NCBI GenBank assembly: GCA_004022145.1
Contig: RCNU01000001.1
From: Paecilomyces variotii
Taxonomy: Eukaryota
Length of the DNA stretch: 64,000 nucleotides
Strand: one strand, 5' to 3'
The notes beneath the pieces were generated by a model. It ran no database searches. It was not told the origin of the DNA and saw nothing but the letters and a program-made list of their open reading frames with translations. The position numbers and the translations under genes were made by a program. Shown here piece by piece: positions 1 through 13,361 of this stretch (position 1 is its first letter; each line of letters starts with the position of its first letter).

Positions 1-2488
1 CTGCGGCCCATCTTAGCGGTGGATGCTTGGTCACAACAAGCGTTAGATTGTTGGGTTCTTCCGCACTCGGAAAGGGACGTCAGTATGGCGGGCGAGCTGT
101 GATGTATCCTCTGTTACCGGGAGTACTCCTGGCTTGATCCAGAGCAAGATGTCTCAAGATGGAGAAACGGCGACGCACACAAGTTCATCAGCTCGAGTGA
201 TCACAAAGGAAGATTTTAAAAAGTCGCAGCAGATGAATACAAAATGCCAGATCCAGTTCGTCGTTCGTTTTATCCGCAAGCAGTCAAGGACGCGTCAATG
301 GAACCTGGGAAAAGATCAGACCGTAACAGCTGACTGCACGATCCCCCACATGGATCGTGGCAATGGCTTGACTCGCTCTGAGTCGTAGTTATTATCCGAT
401 GTTTCTGCCATGCTGAATCGCTCCTTTAGCGATCATGGGAGCCATCGAGCGGCACGAAGCGCTGGCGGGAGGGACCTGGACCATTGACAAGCCTCTCATG
501 GTGAGCTCAATGTTCTAGGGAGCAGTTTAGGAGCAATCGAGGAGGACGCATGGACGGCAGCTCCGCGCTCGATCCCTGCGTAGTTGACTATCTTGGTTGG
601 TTATGGATTGCAACAGGACGGCTAGAATTGCGTGCTTACGCCTATCGATAAGAACAGCTTGACGTTGAGCCACGAGTGCTTGTTTACAGCTTGAGAGATA
701 GTTAGCAGAATCAACTCCGTACTCTCTTCTGGATCTACGGATCCCATCGTTATTCACTTCTCACTCCATGGTTGATCGAAGAGTAGTTTTATACTGCACT
801 CGACGCTAGAGACAAGGGCCGATGCATACTAAACTAAACTAACTACCCCGCAAAATCGCCAAGCTGACCCCAGATTCTCCCCGGGGAAAATAGAACAAAC
901 AAGTCCAGTGGTCGGGATGAGGATGCTCTTGGATGTTGATTGTCTATGAGTTTCCTCGAAGACAGAAGTCGAAACCATACTTATCTGTTTCTCTGCGACA
1001 GTGATCGGGTTTCGAAGGGAGATAGATCTTACCTACCGCACAGCTTTGCCACTAGTACTAAATATTACGGACAAGAAGTAGAGGCGCGTTATCATTAATA
1101 TCTTGGGTTCTGATTCCTACTCTAAGAGGCCTGTCGTACACATTAATATTTTTGTCAAGAAGATAGGTACTGATGACCATCTGATGTATCCCAAGCACCT
1201 TTGCCATGTTAAAAGCAACCCTCACAACCGCGAATAGCCTCTTCAGAGCAGCAAAATGCAAAATGCAAATAAACCCCTTTGCGAATGAGAAAAGGCTCGG
1301 CGACGAAAAAGATAAAAAAAAGATATCAAATCCTTCCCCCGAGCCGGAATCGAGCCGGCGACCTTTCGGTAACAATGGAAATTCCTATTACAGCCGAACG
1401 CCATATCCAACTAGACCATCGGGGGTTTTCCGGATAATTGACGGTCCGGTATAATAACCTTTCAATTTCGAAACTTAGAGATAGTGAGCATTACAATAAT
1501 GTGTCTATGGTATGCACCCAACAGTGACCGGACCTAGACAGCCTTTGCGGCATTGAATCAAGATACAATCATCGTACGGATAACTAGAAGGGATTCCATC
1601 AAGACCTTGGACCCTGCAGTGGCAGGGACCTCTCTAGCACTTGTGATTCCACCCTTGGTGCCGAGATCAGATTAGGATCGACGCTCGGTGTGTCGGTGTC
1701 CAGGAATCCAGGAGTGCAAGTGGATAAGAGTGTCCAGGAACTAAAACCGAGTCAAATTGCCTGAGAGAGCGTCCGCTTCCAACGGCCAACCATAGAAGAA
1801 TGACTGGATGTTCCAAATTGCAAATGCGTTCCTGAGACCGGTAAGCCCTGTTCTTCTCACTTGATGTTATCAAAAAAGCTGTCTCTAGCTGTCGAGAATG
1901 GCGCATTGTTAATCAGCGGTCAGTTCGCAATGGAACAGACTCTATTTGGTGCAAAAGATGATCAGTGCCTGTCGATCCACTCTCTTTCAAGAAGGCCGAT
2001 TGAAGACCTCATCGCCAATAGTCACCCGTTGGGTTCAATAAGCCGCAAAGAACGGGATGGCAGAGGTTACTGCTGAGCGTGCTCCGTGTCCCTGACTGCG
2101 AATCACAGAAGAATCCTGCTAGATCGATATTGATCCTATCTGTGCTTCTTGGTATCTAACGGGCAAAAGAATCACTCAATATGCGGGCAACTGGGCCTTG
2201 GTGCAACAGTGGGCCTTGCTTTCAATTCCGTCTGCGTTTGCGACCTGCCCATGAAAGAGCGCTGATCTACAATCACTGTTTGCCCGCTTAAGAAACACCA
2301 AGGAGATCGCCAGCTCAGCCCCATGGACATTAGAACGTATGGTAGGTTAAACGTCAGCCCCCGCAGATGTTTTGACAGGGGAGGAGATTCATATAGTCTA
2401 TGCGCCCCAGATCTCATCACGCAATCTCCATCTTTGCTGTCGTCACTCTTTTCGACGGCTACTGGTTCCTTGTCTGTTCCTGGGGAAG

Positions 2489-4022
2489 ATGGCGCGCCGT
2501 CTCTTAACTACCTTATCTGCCTTATCGTTGTCCGCCGGAGCTATTGCTCAGGGATGGCCTTACTTGACGTATAAAACAGCTCCTTTTCAGCCGCCGCAGC
2601 TCAATATCACAACTTCTGGCGCTCCCCAAGCTCCTGGATATCTCTTCATTGGCCCGAGAGGGAACCAGGCTGCTGGAACTGCCGCTCTGATCTATGATCA
2701 AGAGGGTAATCTCGTCTACCAGGGGCCGGACGAGGTAACATCGAACTTCAAAGTCCAAAAGCTCCACGGCAAAGATGTGCTCACTTTCTGGGCCGGGGAC
2801 ATGATGTCCATCGGCTATGGTTACGGCACTGTACATATCCTTGACGATACCTACAAGGAGATCTACACGGTGACACTGGATGGGCCTTTCCTCAGTCCAA
2901 ATGGTAGTACTATGGGGTCCTATATCGATCTCCATGAAAGCAAGGTCACAAACCGGAACACTCTTCTAGTCACTGCCTACAATGTGACACAACAGGACCT
3001 GAGTGCCATTGGGGGCCCGACGGACGGCTGGATGCTCGACGGACAATTCTATGAGATCGATATTCCGACAAACAAGATTCTTTTTAGATGGAGCGCCCTG
3101 GAGAACATCGCTGATATCCCCTTCAATGGTTCCCACCAGGGTTTGGGGAAGTCTGGTGCCAGTCAGGAGGACCCCTGGGATGCTTACCACATCAACTCCA
3201 TTACGGAGACGGATGAAGGGTATATGGTGTCTCTCCGCCACTTCTGGTCCGGTTATTATCTGTACCGGAATGGAACGATCAAATGGCAGTTGGATGTACG
3301 TCTTTTTGAACCTACTTTGTTGGTGGGCTATGCTAATGGTGAGATTGCAGGGCCAAAACGGCGGTTCCTTCAACCTCGGAACAGGCAACAACTTTTCCTG
3401 GCAGCATGATATTCGCGTTGACAATGAGACATCTCAAGGTCTCGTGCTTACCATGTTTAACAATGCCAATACGCCCACGGCCGAAGGACAGCCGACAACT
3501 GGTCTCAGCATGGCTCTGGATCTGGTTAACTGGTCTGTCTCTAACCTTAAGAACCTCTCCGACCCTAGCGATGAGATCCACAGTGTCAGTCAAGGCAGTT
3601 ACGAACCGCTCGACAACTCAGTTGGACATGTGGTCATGGACTATGGCTCCATTGCAAAGGTCAAGGAATATGATGCTGTCGGAAATACCATCATGACAGC
3701 GCAGTTTGGGCCAGATAATGATGTCGCATCCTACCGTGGTTACAAGGCTCAGTGGGTAGGCACTCCATTCTGGAAGCCTGCTGTCGTTATCGAAGGCAAC
3801 ACTGTATACATGAGCTGGAACGGTGCCACTGAGTATGACAACTGGGCCGTCTATGGTGCTCAGACTGAGACCGCATCCAACAAGACTCTCCTCGGCACTG
3901 TTGCTCGGACAGGATTCGAGTCGAGTACTACTCTCAAGCAACTGACAACGCAGTACATCCAGGTCGTTGCGCGAAGGGGCACAACTAACCTTGGATACTC
4001 GGACATGATCAGCACTCAATAA
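2489..4022 (+). CDS. Secreted arylsulfotransferase (ASST / Arylsulfotran_2-like beta-propeller); intron 3296-3350
   Basis: Signal-peptide-like N-terminus MARRLLTTLSALSLSAGAIAQG. Motifs APGYLFIGPRG, IDLHES, DAYHINS, FSWQHD, SQGS, SYRGYK, YMSWNGATE. A GTACGT..GCTAAT..CAG intron joins ORFs 2372-3409 and 3003-4022 in frame. Confidence 0.88.
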
Positions 4023-5821
4023 TTCGACCCAGCATGTCGAAAGCATATTCTACCTCAGTGTAGTCTAACGAGGTCCGCATGGCACTCATCACGCCTCTGA
4101 CACGACTTACCATCTAAACTACGAGGCCCTTAAATTGTGTTCTGATAATATATCCGTTTCTTGACACAATTTAATTATTCTGTTTCGGTTTTTGGCTTGT
4201 ACAGTACATATACAGAATTTACCATGCATACCACTTTTTTCCTGACATACTTAGCAAAACTGCCCTTTCAACGTACATTCGTAAGCATATCACCTGCCGT
4301 GACTCGTGAGGTCACTGCAAAGGTCTTGTCTGGTCGGCCATCGATGGTTTGAGTCTATGCGTCAGAAATTGGGTTTAGTTCTGGGATCGAGGACAGAAGA
4401 TCTTATCTAAGATTAGTTAGTTTGCGGGGTTAATGCAGGTTCCAAGTTCCCTGGATTCTCACCTTCACTTCAGCTTTATCAACCTGGCCTAGTATAATAA
4501 TAAAAAAAAATATCAAGGTCCCTAGAAATGGCCGAGTCGATGACCGTAGTATTTAGCGTCGGGTGCTGGTATTCTTGTCATTCGAGCCAGCACACACCCG
4601 CACGGATGACAGAGTGAGATGTAATAATAATAACAATTGCTGGAGTGACTTACGACTAATAAAAATAAAGAATAAAGAATAAACTTCCTGATCAAACTGA
4701 TTACTTGCCACTGAAACAGCAAGGCACGAATCCTCGGTCTATTACATGTATGGTAGAATTCAAACCAGCCCACCGTTGCATTCCGGCTCAGGCTGCTCGG
4801 TTCGAGAAACCAGATCATGATATCGAAGCATACCGTTCTATAATTAGTTCACCATGGCAGAGCGAAGTAACGAGCCCAAGAAAACTAGCCACGACCCACG
4901 AGTCAAGTCAGCTGAGATCATCATTTCCAGAAGAATACGAAGGCTGCTTCCCATGGCTCTGAGAGATGATGATTATTATTGAAACAACTCGGCAGCCGGC
5001 CTTACCGGAATGGCTCTCAAGCCAACACCTAACCAACGAGATGTCCACAGGAGCCCTTGGCACGCAACATACATGAATTATCCAGTACCTATGCAACGGA
5101 CCTAATGATGTTTCGCCAGGTCACAGGACGAAGAGGGGAAAATTAAAAAAGAAAAGCACTAATTATACCTAATACCTATTTACTGCTTGCAGCCGAATCC
5201 ATACCAGATTTCTCTTCCCTGGCTGTCAAATAGAATGATGTAACAGTCAGATGTGTTTTATATTCCTCCACTCGGATTATAGGGAATTCTTTCTTTTTTT
5301 TCCGAGACAGCGCATGAGTGCCCGGGCGTTGGATCGTGTATCCAGAATTTCGTTCAGGTGCTAACTAATGCAGCTGGGGAGAGTTTCTATCGAATCCTAG
5401 AAGACAACCCGTATTACTGTCTCAATTGAGGCCTGACAAGGTTCCATGCCCCAATGGATGCAATTGGAATATGCTCCTGCTATTCTTTGCTGTCCAGTAA
5501 TAGAGAAGGCGAAAAATGGAAAGAAAGGAAAGGTGCTTGGTACGCCTTAGCTCAGCTCGTCTGGAAGGATGATATCACGAGATGGAGCATATACTCGGGA
5601 TAGGGTTACAATGACCCAGCCCAGCAAGGTGACATCTGTAAAAGGCAAATGGAGGGAATTCTTCATGAGGATCGTAAAAGGTATAAATTGGTCGATTGAT
5701 CCTGTTCAGATCTGTATTGATTGCATGCAACATACCTTCAGCTCACAAAGAACTATTATATACTATCCCAAAACAAAACAGAGTCAAGCCACTTCTCCCA
5801 CTTAGAAAAACCTTTGCCACA

Positions 5822-6283
5822 ATGCACTTTTCCACTCTTGCCCTTACCGCCACTGCGGCGCTGACTCCCCTCGTGCACGCCGTTGGCAATGCCATCGTGC
5901 ACAACAACTGCCCTCAACCCATCTACGTCTGGTCCGTTGGCTCATCCATCGGTCCCGAGAACACCGTCAACCCAGGCTGCGAATACTCCGAGGTCTTCCG
6001 TACCGACCCCAGCTCGGGTGGCATTGCTATCAAGATCACTCGCACTGAGAACGGTCTGTATGACGGTAGTGCCCAGACGGACTTCGCGTACGCTCTTGAC
6101 AATAACGGCGTCTATTATGATCTATCGGATGTCTTTGGAGATCCTTTCTCGGGCACTTCGGTGGTTGTGACTCCTTCGGATACTTCCTGTAGAACGATCG
6201 ATTGGTCCAACGGTATTCCACCGTCGGGGAGTCAGGTGAAGGTCTGTCAGTCGGGAACGAATTTGACTCTGACGACTTGTTAA
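5822..6283 (+). CDS. Bys1-family small secreted protein
   Basis: Signal peptide MHFSTLALTATAALTPLVHA followed by GNAIVHNNC..IYVWSVGS..GGIAIKI..F.Y.L....VYYDLSDVFGDPF..LTLTTC, the Bys1 pattern. TATAAA at about 5682-5688. Confidence 0.85.
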   Translation: MHFSTLALTATAALTPLVHAVGNAIVHNNCPQPIYVWSVGSSIGPENTVNPGCEYSEVFRTDPSSGGIAIKITRTENGLYDGSAQTDFAYALDNNGVYYDLSDVFGDPFSGTSVVVTPSDTSCRTIDWSNGIPPSGSQVKVCQSGTNLTLTTC

Positions 6284-7088
6284 GTGGTTTGGAGGAGAAG
6301 AGATTAGTGTATGTGTTTTCCTGGTCTACGTGAATAAGTCCCATCATCCGGGGAAATATAGTGCTGACTGAAATCAGCAATATCAAGTGTACTGAAGGAA
6401 GTGATGGAGAGAGACTACCTCTTGGTCTATGAGAATGAGATTGGAAGGAGTGGATTACATATGTAACATGCATTCAGCTAATACGGAGAAAGAAAATAAA
6501 AAGAGAGAGAGAGAGAGAAGCGAAAGCTCGGTTACTCAATCATTTATACAGTCCCTAATATTATCTACCGATCAGAAATGTCATACGATGCATTGGAGAT
6601 CTCACGCAACATATGATTCTATCAGGAACTAAAAATATAAGGCTAGCTAGCTTAGATGTAGTTCATATAGTGATTTTCTGCTGAATCCTCATAAGGTTTT
6701 CCATGTCTTCTAGTGTATGATAACTACTTGGATTCTCAAGTTATCCGACTATTGTAACGGCCCGCAGTGTGACTTATGCTGCCGCATTGTTTTGTTCTGT
6801 GCTTGCCTACTTGCATATTCGAATATTCGAAAATGAGACAAGTAATATCATACTCTAAGCTCGGTTGGTCGGTATAGCTGAAGGGCCTAGTGATGGTATT
6901 ATGTATAGAGTAATAATATAGAGTACGTTGGCTGACAGGTCAAAAACATGAGAAAAACCAGGAACATCGCGTTGACTCGGCCGATAGAGCCCATAGTTCG
7001 AATAAATGATGAAAAGGATACCCCAAACAGTTAGATCAAATAACTAATGATATCGGTAAATACTAAAAGCTGTCAACCTCGGGCAAAT

Positions 7089-7337
7089 CCCCGCCAACCC
7101 CGCATAATCATCTCCCCGGAGCTGTTCTTACCCCATCTCGCACTCCTGTCCGGGGTCAATCCTTCGCTGCCTTCTCCGTGGCCTCGTTCCTTTTCATTTC
7201 CTCCCTTCCACTCTTCCTAGGGGCTGTTTCGAGGTCTTATTATCTCCTTCGTGGTCTTTCCAATTGCCCCCCTGTCCATGTTCTCTGTAGGAGTATCGTA
7301 CCGTTGAGATTGCTTTCTCCCCCGCATTTATCCCCGG
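7089..7337. promoter_or_regulatory. Cluster of six CreA/Mig1-type SYGGRG sites upstream of the HOT gene
   Basis: CCCCGC at 7089, 7098 and 7320; CCCCGG at 7114 and 7332; CCGGGG at 7150. All match SYGGRG or its complement CYCCRS. Confidence 0.45.
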
Positions 7338-7346
7338 TCGACTATC

Positions 7347-8960
7347 ATGGTAGCTCCCTCAATCAGAGTTGCGCCCTCGGCGGCCAACAGAGCTCTGGGT
7401 CTACTTCGAACCGTGCAATTCACTCATCCGCCCAATTGTCCCTGCCATTCGAACCCCAATCACCATCATCACCACCAGACGCCGTCCTTGGCCAATCATG
7501 TGCGGCGGCATCTGGCGACGCCCATCGACGCGTCTCGTCAGAAGGAGTATGCGTTCGAGATGGCAGCGTCCAGTATACGGTTCGGACCCGGAGCGACCAA
7601 GGAGGTTGGTATGGACTTTAAGAACATTGGTGCTAAGAGAGTCTGCGTTGTTACGGATGCGAATGTGAGCAAGCTGGACGCGATGAAGCAGGTCGTTGAG
7701 GGTTTAAGCAAGGAAGGGATTGAATTTACGGTGTTCGATAATGTGAGGATAGAGCCAAAGGATCATTCGTAAGTTTGATATCGAGAAAGAGTTGTGTAGC
7801 TCTGCGGTTCTAGGTTGGTATTTCTGACATGGAAACTAGGATCAAGGAGGCTATTGCTTTTGCTAAGCCATACAACCCGGATGCTTTCCTGGCTGTCGGT
7901 AGGTGTCTATGTTTTTTATGGAGTAGATAGGATGACCGTCTAACGTCATACAGGAGGAGGATCCGTCATTGATACCGCGAAACTGATGAACCTCTACACC
8001 GTCTTCCGCGACGCTGACTTTCTGGACTTTGTCAACGCACCCATTGGCAAGGGTCTTCCCATCACCAAGCCATTGAAGCCTCTCATCGCGATCCCCACTA
8101 CCGCTGGTACCGGATCAGAGACCACAGGCACGGCAATCTTCGATCTTGTCTCGAAGAAGGCCAAGACTGGTGTTGCTCACCGTGCACTGAAGCCCACCCT
8201 CGGCATCTGTGACCCGATCAACACGCGAACAATGCCCTCCGCTGTTCATGCTTCCTCCGGTCTCGATGTCCTCTGTCACTCTCTCGAGTCCTGGACGGCA
8301 ATCCCCTTTAATGAGCGTGTTCCGCGTCCTACCAACCCTATCAATCGACCAGCCTACCAGGGTGCAAACCCCATTTCGGATATCTTCTCACTGCACGCCC
8401 TTCGCAGCACTGTGAAGTACCTTCCCCGTGCTGTTAAGGACCCCGACGACTTTGAAGCCCAGTCCCAGATGCTCCTCGCTGCCACCCTTGCCGGTATCGG
8501 TTTCGGCAACGCTGGTGTCCACCTCTGCCACGGAATGAGTTACCCAATCTCCGGTCAAAATCCCGGCTATAAGCACAACGGATATGCTGTAGATCACCCG
8601 ATCATCCCTCACGGAGTCTCTGTTGCTGTTACTGCCCCTGCCGTCTTCCGCTTTACTGCTGCATCAAACCCTGACCGGCATCTGGCAGCCGCCGAGGCAT
8701 TCGGTGTTGACATCTCCAATGTGAAGAGAGAAAGCGCCGGTGAAGTCCTCGGTGAAGCCATTGCCGAATTCCTCATCAAACTGGGCGACCAGCCCCGTGG
8801 CCTGAAGGCTCTTGGTTTCAAGTCCTCTGATGTCGAGAGCCTGATCGAAGGCACACTCCCGCAGAAGCGCGTGCTGATGCTGGCCCCGAATCTTAGTGAA
8901 GAGCTCACCGCAGAGAAGGATGAGCTGCGGCAACTCTTCGAAGCATCGTTGGAGTATTAG
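7347..8960 (+). CDS. ADHFE1: Mitochondrial hydroxyacid-oxoacid transhydrogenase (Fe-ADH family, ADHFE1/HOT orthologue); introns 7769-7839, 7899-7953
   Basis: EYAFEMAASSIRFGPGATKEVGMD, spliced AVGGGSVIDTAK, IAIPTTAGTGSETTG, GLDVLCHSLES, GNAGVHLCHGMSYP, IPHG. Arg-rich presequence; canonical introns restore the frame. Confidence 0.93.
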
Positions 8961-9147
8961 TTGGCAGTCATGTTGTTTCTCTTGCATGTTATCTTTGAGC
9001 ATTATGTATATAGCGGCCGGCGTGCTTCTATCGCAAATTTGGAGCAGAGCGTGGTGTTCGCAGTGAGACAGTGTGATGATTCATTTTTCCTTCCAGGCGG
9101 AGAATCCAGAGATTGCATATTTTGAATATCCATATTTCTTTCTTGGG

Positions 9148-10868
9148 TCAACTCTCGCTTTCTTCGATAATAGGTCTCACAGGTTTCTTCCCCTTATCAG
9201 AAGGATCATCTTCTGGCTCCTGTACGATTTGGATTCCTAACATCCCCATAGATGAGGCAATGCGATCCAACCAGATGACTGCTCGGGGATCTGACTGGTC
9301 TGATGTTCCAGATGGACCACGGCTAATCTCGGAGACAATGCGAAAGGGTAAGGTCATCACTCTCGGGGCTCCATCTCCGGACGATGGGCTCTGAGGACTC
9401 GACGCCTGGGAATATGTCTGGGATCCAGTCTCATCCGACGCAACTGGAGACGTGATGTCATATATCCGATGAGATGGTGCCATTCTTCCTGTAGCAATAT
9501 CAATTCTGATAGAAGCCAGTAACTGGTCCAAAGCAGCAACAGCGCTAGTTGCTCCTCGAAGGAGAAGAGATGGGCTCGTATCCGCAAAGACCTCGGGAAC
9601 AGGCCCAACGAAGTTGCCTGGTCGATAGCTGATCCCCTGGGCACGTTGACTGTGAGCTGCAATGCAGGTCCTCAGTTCTTCCACACTGACGAGAAGCTTA
9701 TTTCGAGTTTCCGTAACACGCTCTACGAGTGCGATGGCAGCTTCTGGGGAAGATGATGTCGAGGTTGACAAGGTACGTGCTTCGCTGAGGTATCGTGGGC
9801 ATTTGGTGAGCTCCATGAAGATCGGTTCTGAGATATCCACGAACGCAGACCATTCTCCAGGCTTTTGTGAATCTTCAGCGCGCACTTTGGCAGCAAATTC
9901 CTGCCACTCTTCCTCATCCAGGAAGCATGGTTTGTCTTCGAAGAGTGCCGTGGCTATCAGGAATCCCCTGAAGGCATAATAACAAGAACGTCCGAATCCA
10001 GATTCCGATCCCTTGACGCCACGGCTGAGCATGAGCCGTTTGACACCTTCCGAATGTCGTGCCCAGGCATCTCTAGAGGTCTGTGCGTACATTTCATAAA
10101 CACTGAGAATCACAACGGAGCTGAGCATGTTGTCCGAAAACGCCTCTTCTGTGTCCAGGGCCTTACAAACCTCCTTGAGCGCCAATGAATACATCTGTCT
10201 GCTCGCTCTCAACAGGGCTGGATCCTTGGTGAGATGGGCCAGATAGATGCTACTGAGTGAGCAGACGGAGGCATCTTGGTACGTATGCGTACCGAAATTC
10301 TGCGTGATATAGTCTGGGAAGGACGGGTCGGTTCCGGACCGGAACCTGTTGTGGAAGTAGAGGGTCGGGAACGCAGCGCAGACGAAATCCGAGAAGAGCT
10401 GGGGCTGGCTGTTTATGAACGACTTGCGGACAAGGGATGAATCGACTCGTTCGTCTATGGACGTGTCTGCAACATGCCGTCGGAGAAGTGCCATCGCGTG
10501 TTCCCGAATGGACTGAGTCGCAGAGCGACTGCTTTCGCCGCGCCTCGTCCTCGAACTGCTTTTCGATCGAACGGAGCTTGGATTCCGTGAGGACGACTGG
10601 AGTCGACGCCTGACACCAGGCCCTTCATCTTGGAATTTCAAGTCCCGGCTGTAACCGGGACAAGGGGCTCCGTATCGTGCACATTGTGTGCATCCGGGCC
10701 GAATCTCATCGCACTGATTGCTTGCTCAGTAAGTAAATCGACACAAGTTCTGACGTGCCGTCCAAAACTCGACTCGAGAAGAATCTCAGACGGCTTGAAT
10801 ACTGTACTGACCTTCACACGCCTTTCTCGGCAGAGGCCGCAAGCTTTGCTGCGTGGTACTCCGACCAT
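9148..10868 (-). CDS. Zn(II)2Cys6 transcription factor (Fungal_trans_2-type middle domain); intron 10714-10811
   Basis: MVGVPRSKACGLCRERRVK|CDEIRPGCTQCARYGAPCPGY after splicing (GTCAGT..CAG) continues in frame into the 497-aa ORF. Confidence 0.9.
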
Positions 10869-10973
10869 CTCTCATCCAAGACGCATGACCCTGGTAACAT
10901 GGCATAGGGGTTACCGACACCGATACAACACCGGAATTGCAAATTCACAGGACAGCAAAGAATTTTGATTTGT

Positions 10974-10985
10974 GGGGGGGGGGGG
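10974..10985. repeat. G12 homopolymer upstream of the Zn2Cys6 gene
   Basis: 12 consecutive G. Confidence 0.9.
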
Positions 10986-12042
10986 CATTCGCATTATATC
11001 GTCTTGTTAGCGCTCAAGGAAGTGTGATATAGGAAGAGGGACATGCCCGTAAGACACATCCGTGACGAGCAAGCCAACCCCAACCAAGAGAAAAAAGAAA
11101 AAGGAAAAAGAAAAGGAAGTCCATGTCCGGCAAATCCCTGTCCCCGTCCTGCAGGCGATTGATCGGGCATCGAGTTAATAATGGTCAACGAGATGGATAG
11201 CACTATTAGTAAATTTAGTTAGCCGCCGTTAGGATCAAAATTAGAAAGACGGACAAGCCAGCGGGGCAAAAGGAGACAAGAAGAATTAGAGATCAACATT
11301 GGGCCCCATCGGCTTCGCCACCAGCACCGCGGGCCTGGCAACTTGTCGTTGGCGTGAGACACTGCAAGCGCTTGTCCGAGTAATAATATTTCGTGGCCGT
11401 TTAAAGCCACTAGTTATCTCAACGGTCTGGCGTCGGGGAATTAAACTAGCTCGCAAAAGAGATGAGCGAACGGGTATTCTAAAAGGTCCATGACTCCATA
11501 GAAAATCGGATCCTGCAATCCGGCCGTTTATCTAAGTTAGTGGGGTTGTTTTTGAGTTGATCGGTCCAACCCTGACACAGGCCAGCGAGTGTCCTTTTTT
11601 TTTTTTCTGCTCTTTCAGCTGAAGCCGAAGACAGGGGGTTGTCATATCTATGGCCTTCGCGGCCTGGACCGTCTAGATAGATCATTTTGAGCATCGCAGA
11701 TCAACTATCATATAGACTACTGTACGTCACATCAGTGTGCATGCCTGATTTGCAGTTTCTACTTGTTCTCTCAGCTGTCGGTTTACAGCTGAGCATCTCG
11801 CTCAGCTCTCACTTATTGCCTCCTGTGCTCTCGCCACGCTGAGAATTATCAATGATTACTATTTTCTGAAACGAAAACCACTGAGATACTGCGGTTTCTC
11901 CCATTGGTTGTCACTAGCTGCTACTTTCGCCTATGATATCTCCGTTGGCCATAGGCTCTCTCTGCCTCCCATATCTTGACCCGAGGCTGGATTTGTTCCC
12001 TATGATGTCTCGGTAGATATTCACTCGAAGATAGCATAGGAG

Positions 12043-13361
12043 CTACATATACATTGTCTTCAAGGGTATCAATCGTCCACCGCCACAGGCCGGAGATACG
12101 CTGGACGCAAAGGGAGGCGATCCTGCTTGTTCCCAAAGATGATATAGATCCCCGAAGGATGCTTCGTCCTCATCCTCAAGTTCCTCATCCATTACGTCCG
12201 CGGCCCCACTAATGGCGACCAGTCTGTGCAATATCCATTGCATTTGAAGGAGTTCGAAAGATGGTAATGGATTGGTATCTGGGTTCTCAGTAGTAATCGT
12301 GATCATATCTCCCGAGACCATACGCTTGTCCTGGTTCCCATTCCACAGTTTAGCACCAAGGTTACCGCACTTTAGGTCAGAGGGGATAGACGGAGGCATG
12401 GTCCACCGAACAAACTTGGAATATTGATGTGTCGGCATCCAGAAAAATTGCACTTGCATCTTTTTCTTATCCTCCGAGGGCTCAAAGGGCTTCAGAGCAA
12501 ACCTTGCCTTTTCCCATAAACGGCGAGCCGATGGGGTCAGGCATATCAAGTTTGCACAATGTTCGGTGAGTGCTGGACCAGTGACCTGCCTTTGCCATGC
12601 TTCAATCTTGGCAGGGCTCCAGTACATTTCAAGCATAGCCCAGAGCCTCCTCTGCATGGTATTGTCCGGTTCCTTGCCGAGCGCAGAGGGAAAGATATGG
12701 CATTTATCCACAGGGTCTTGGACCTTTTCGATTATGCAAGAACCGCTGTCTCTCTCGGCACACTATTTATTATCAGCATTTGTCACAAAGGGACACAAGG
12801 GAACTTCCCAGTGGAAGATAACATCAGGCAGTGGCGTTGACAGGAAACACCTCACTGTCCAGAAAAAGGGCCCAAGTGATAAACCATACAGTAGGATTGA
12901 TAGTGGGTCAATACTTACGGCATTCTCAGCAGTGTCGGAGCGTTTATTTGCTATCCACGAGGATTCAACGGGCTGAGGCAGCATTGTCGGACTCCCTATG
13001 GCAGAGCGTTTGCTAGGAGTCGTGGGCGTTGTGGGAGTCGTAGCGGGGATAGAAAGAATGCGAGAAGCAGTCCCTGATGAAGCAGTAACTGCATTTAGCA
13101 TATCACTGACATATTGAGAATATATGAAAAGAAACACTCACACGCTCTGAGATAATCAATGTCATTTGATTCGAGCACCCGAAAAACAATTTTTGGCCTC
13201 TCCTTGGCAAAACTAACGAGGCCTCGAAGATTCTCTATATCTGACAACCACAGACAAGCCCAGGTGGCGCTATCAACCATCGGCGTCTCTGACGTGGCTC
13301 GACTGATAGCTTCGATTAACGCCGCGCGTTCTGGATCCTCGAGCTCCTCAGCGGCTGACAT
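12043..13361 (-). CDS. Fungal HNH-endonuclease-domain protein (HNH_2-like); introns 13089-13141, 12763-12918
   Basis: Spliced product has the N-terminal WACLWLSD segment, CAERDSGSCII..DKCHIFP, ANLICLTP....LWEKARFALKP and PLPSFELLQMQWILHRLVAISGAAD, as in expanded fungal HNH families. Introns are GTGAGT..CAG and GTAAGT..TAG. Confidence 0.82.
13241..13342. repeat. Copy 1 of a 102-bp direct duplication (inside HNH exon 1)
   Basis: Aligns ungapped to 13921-14022 with 15 mismatches. Confidence 0.92.

Noticed and set aside
1..2400. Short ORFs (71-105 aa) at the window start
   Set aside because: No recognisable motifs, and I could not build a coherent spliced model on either strand.
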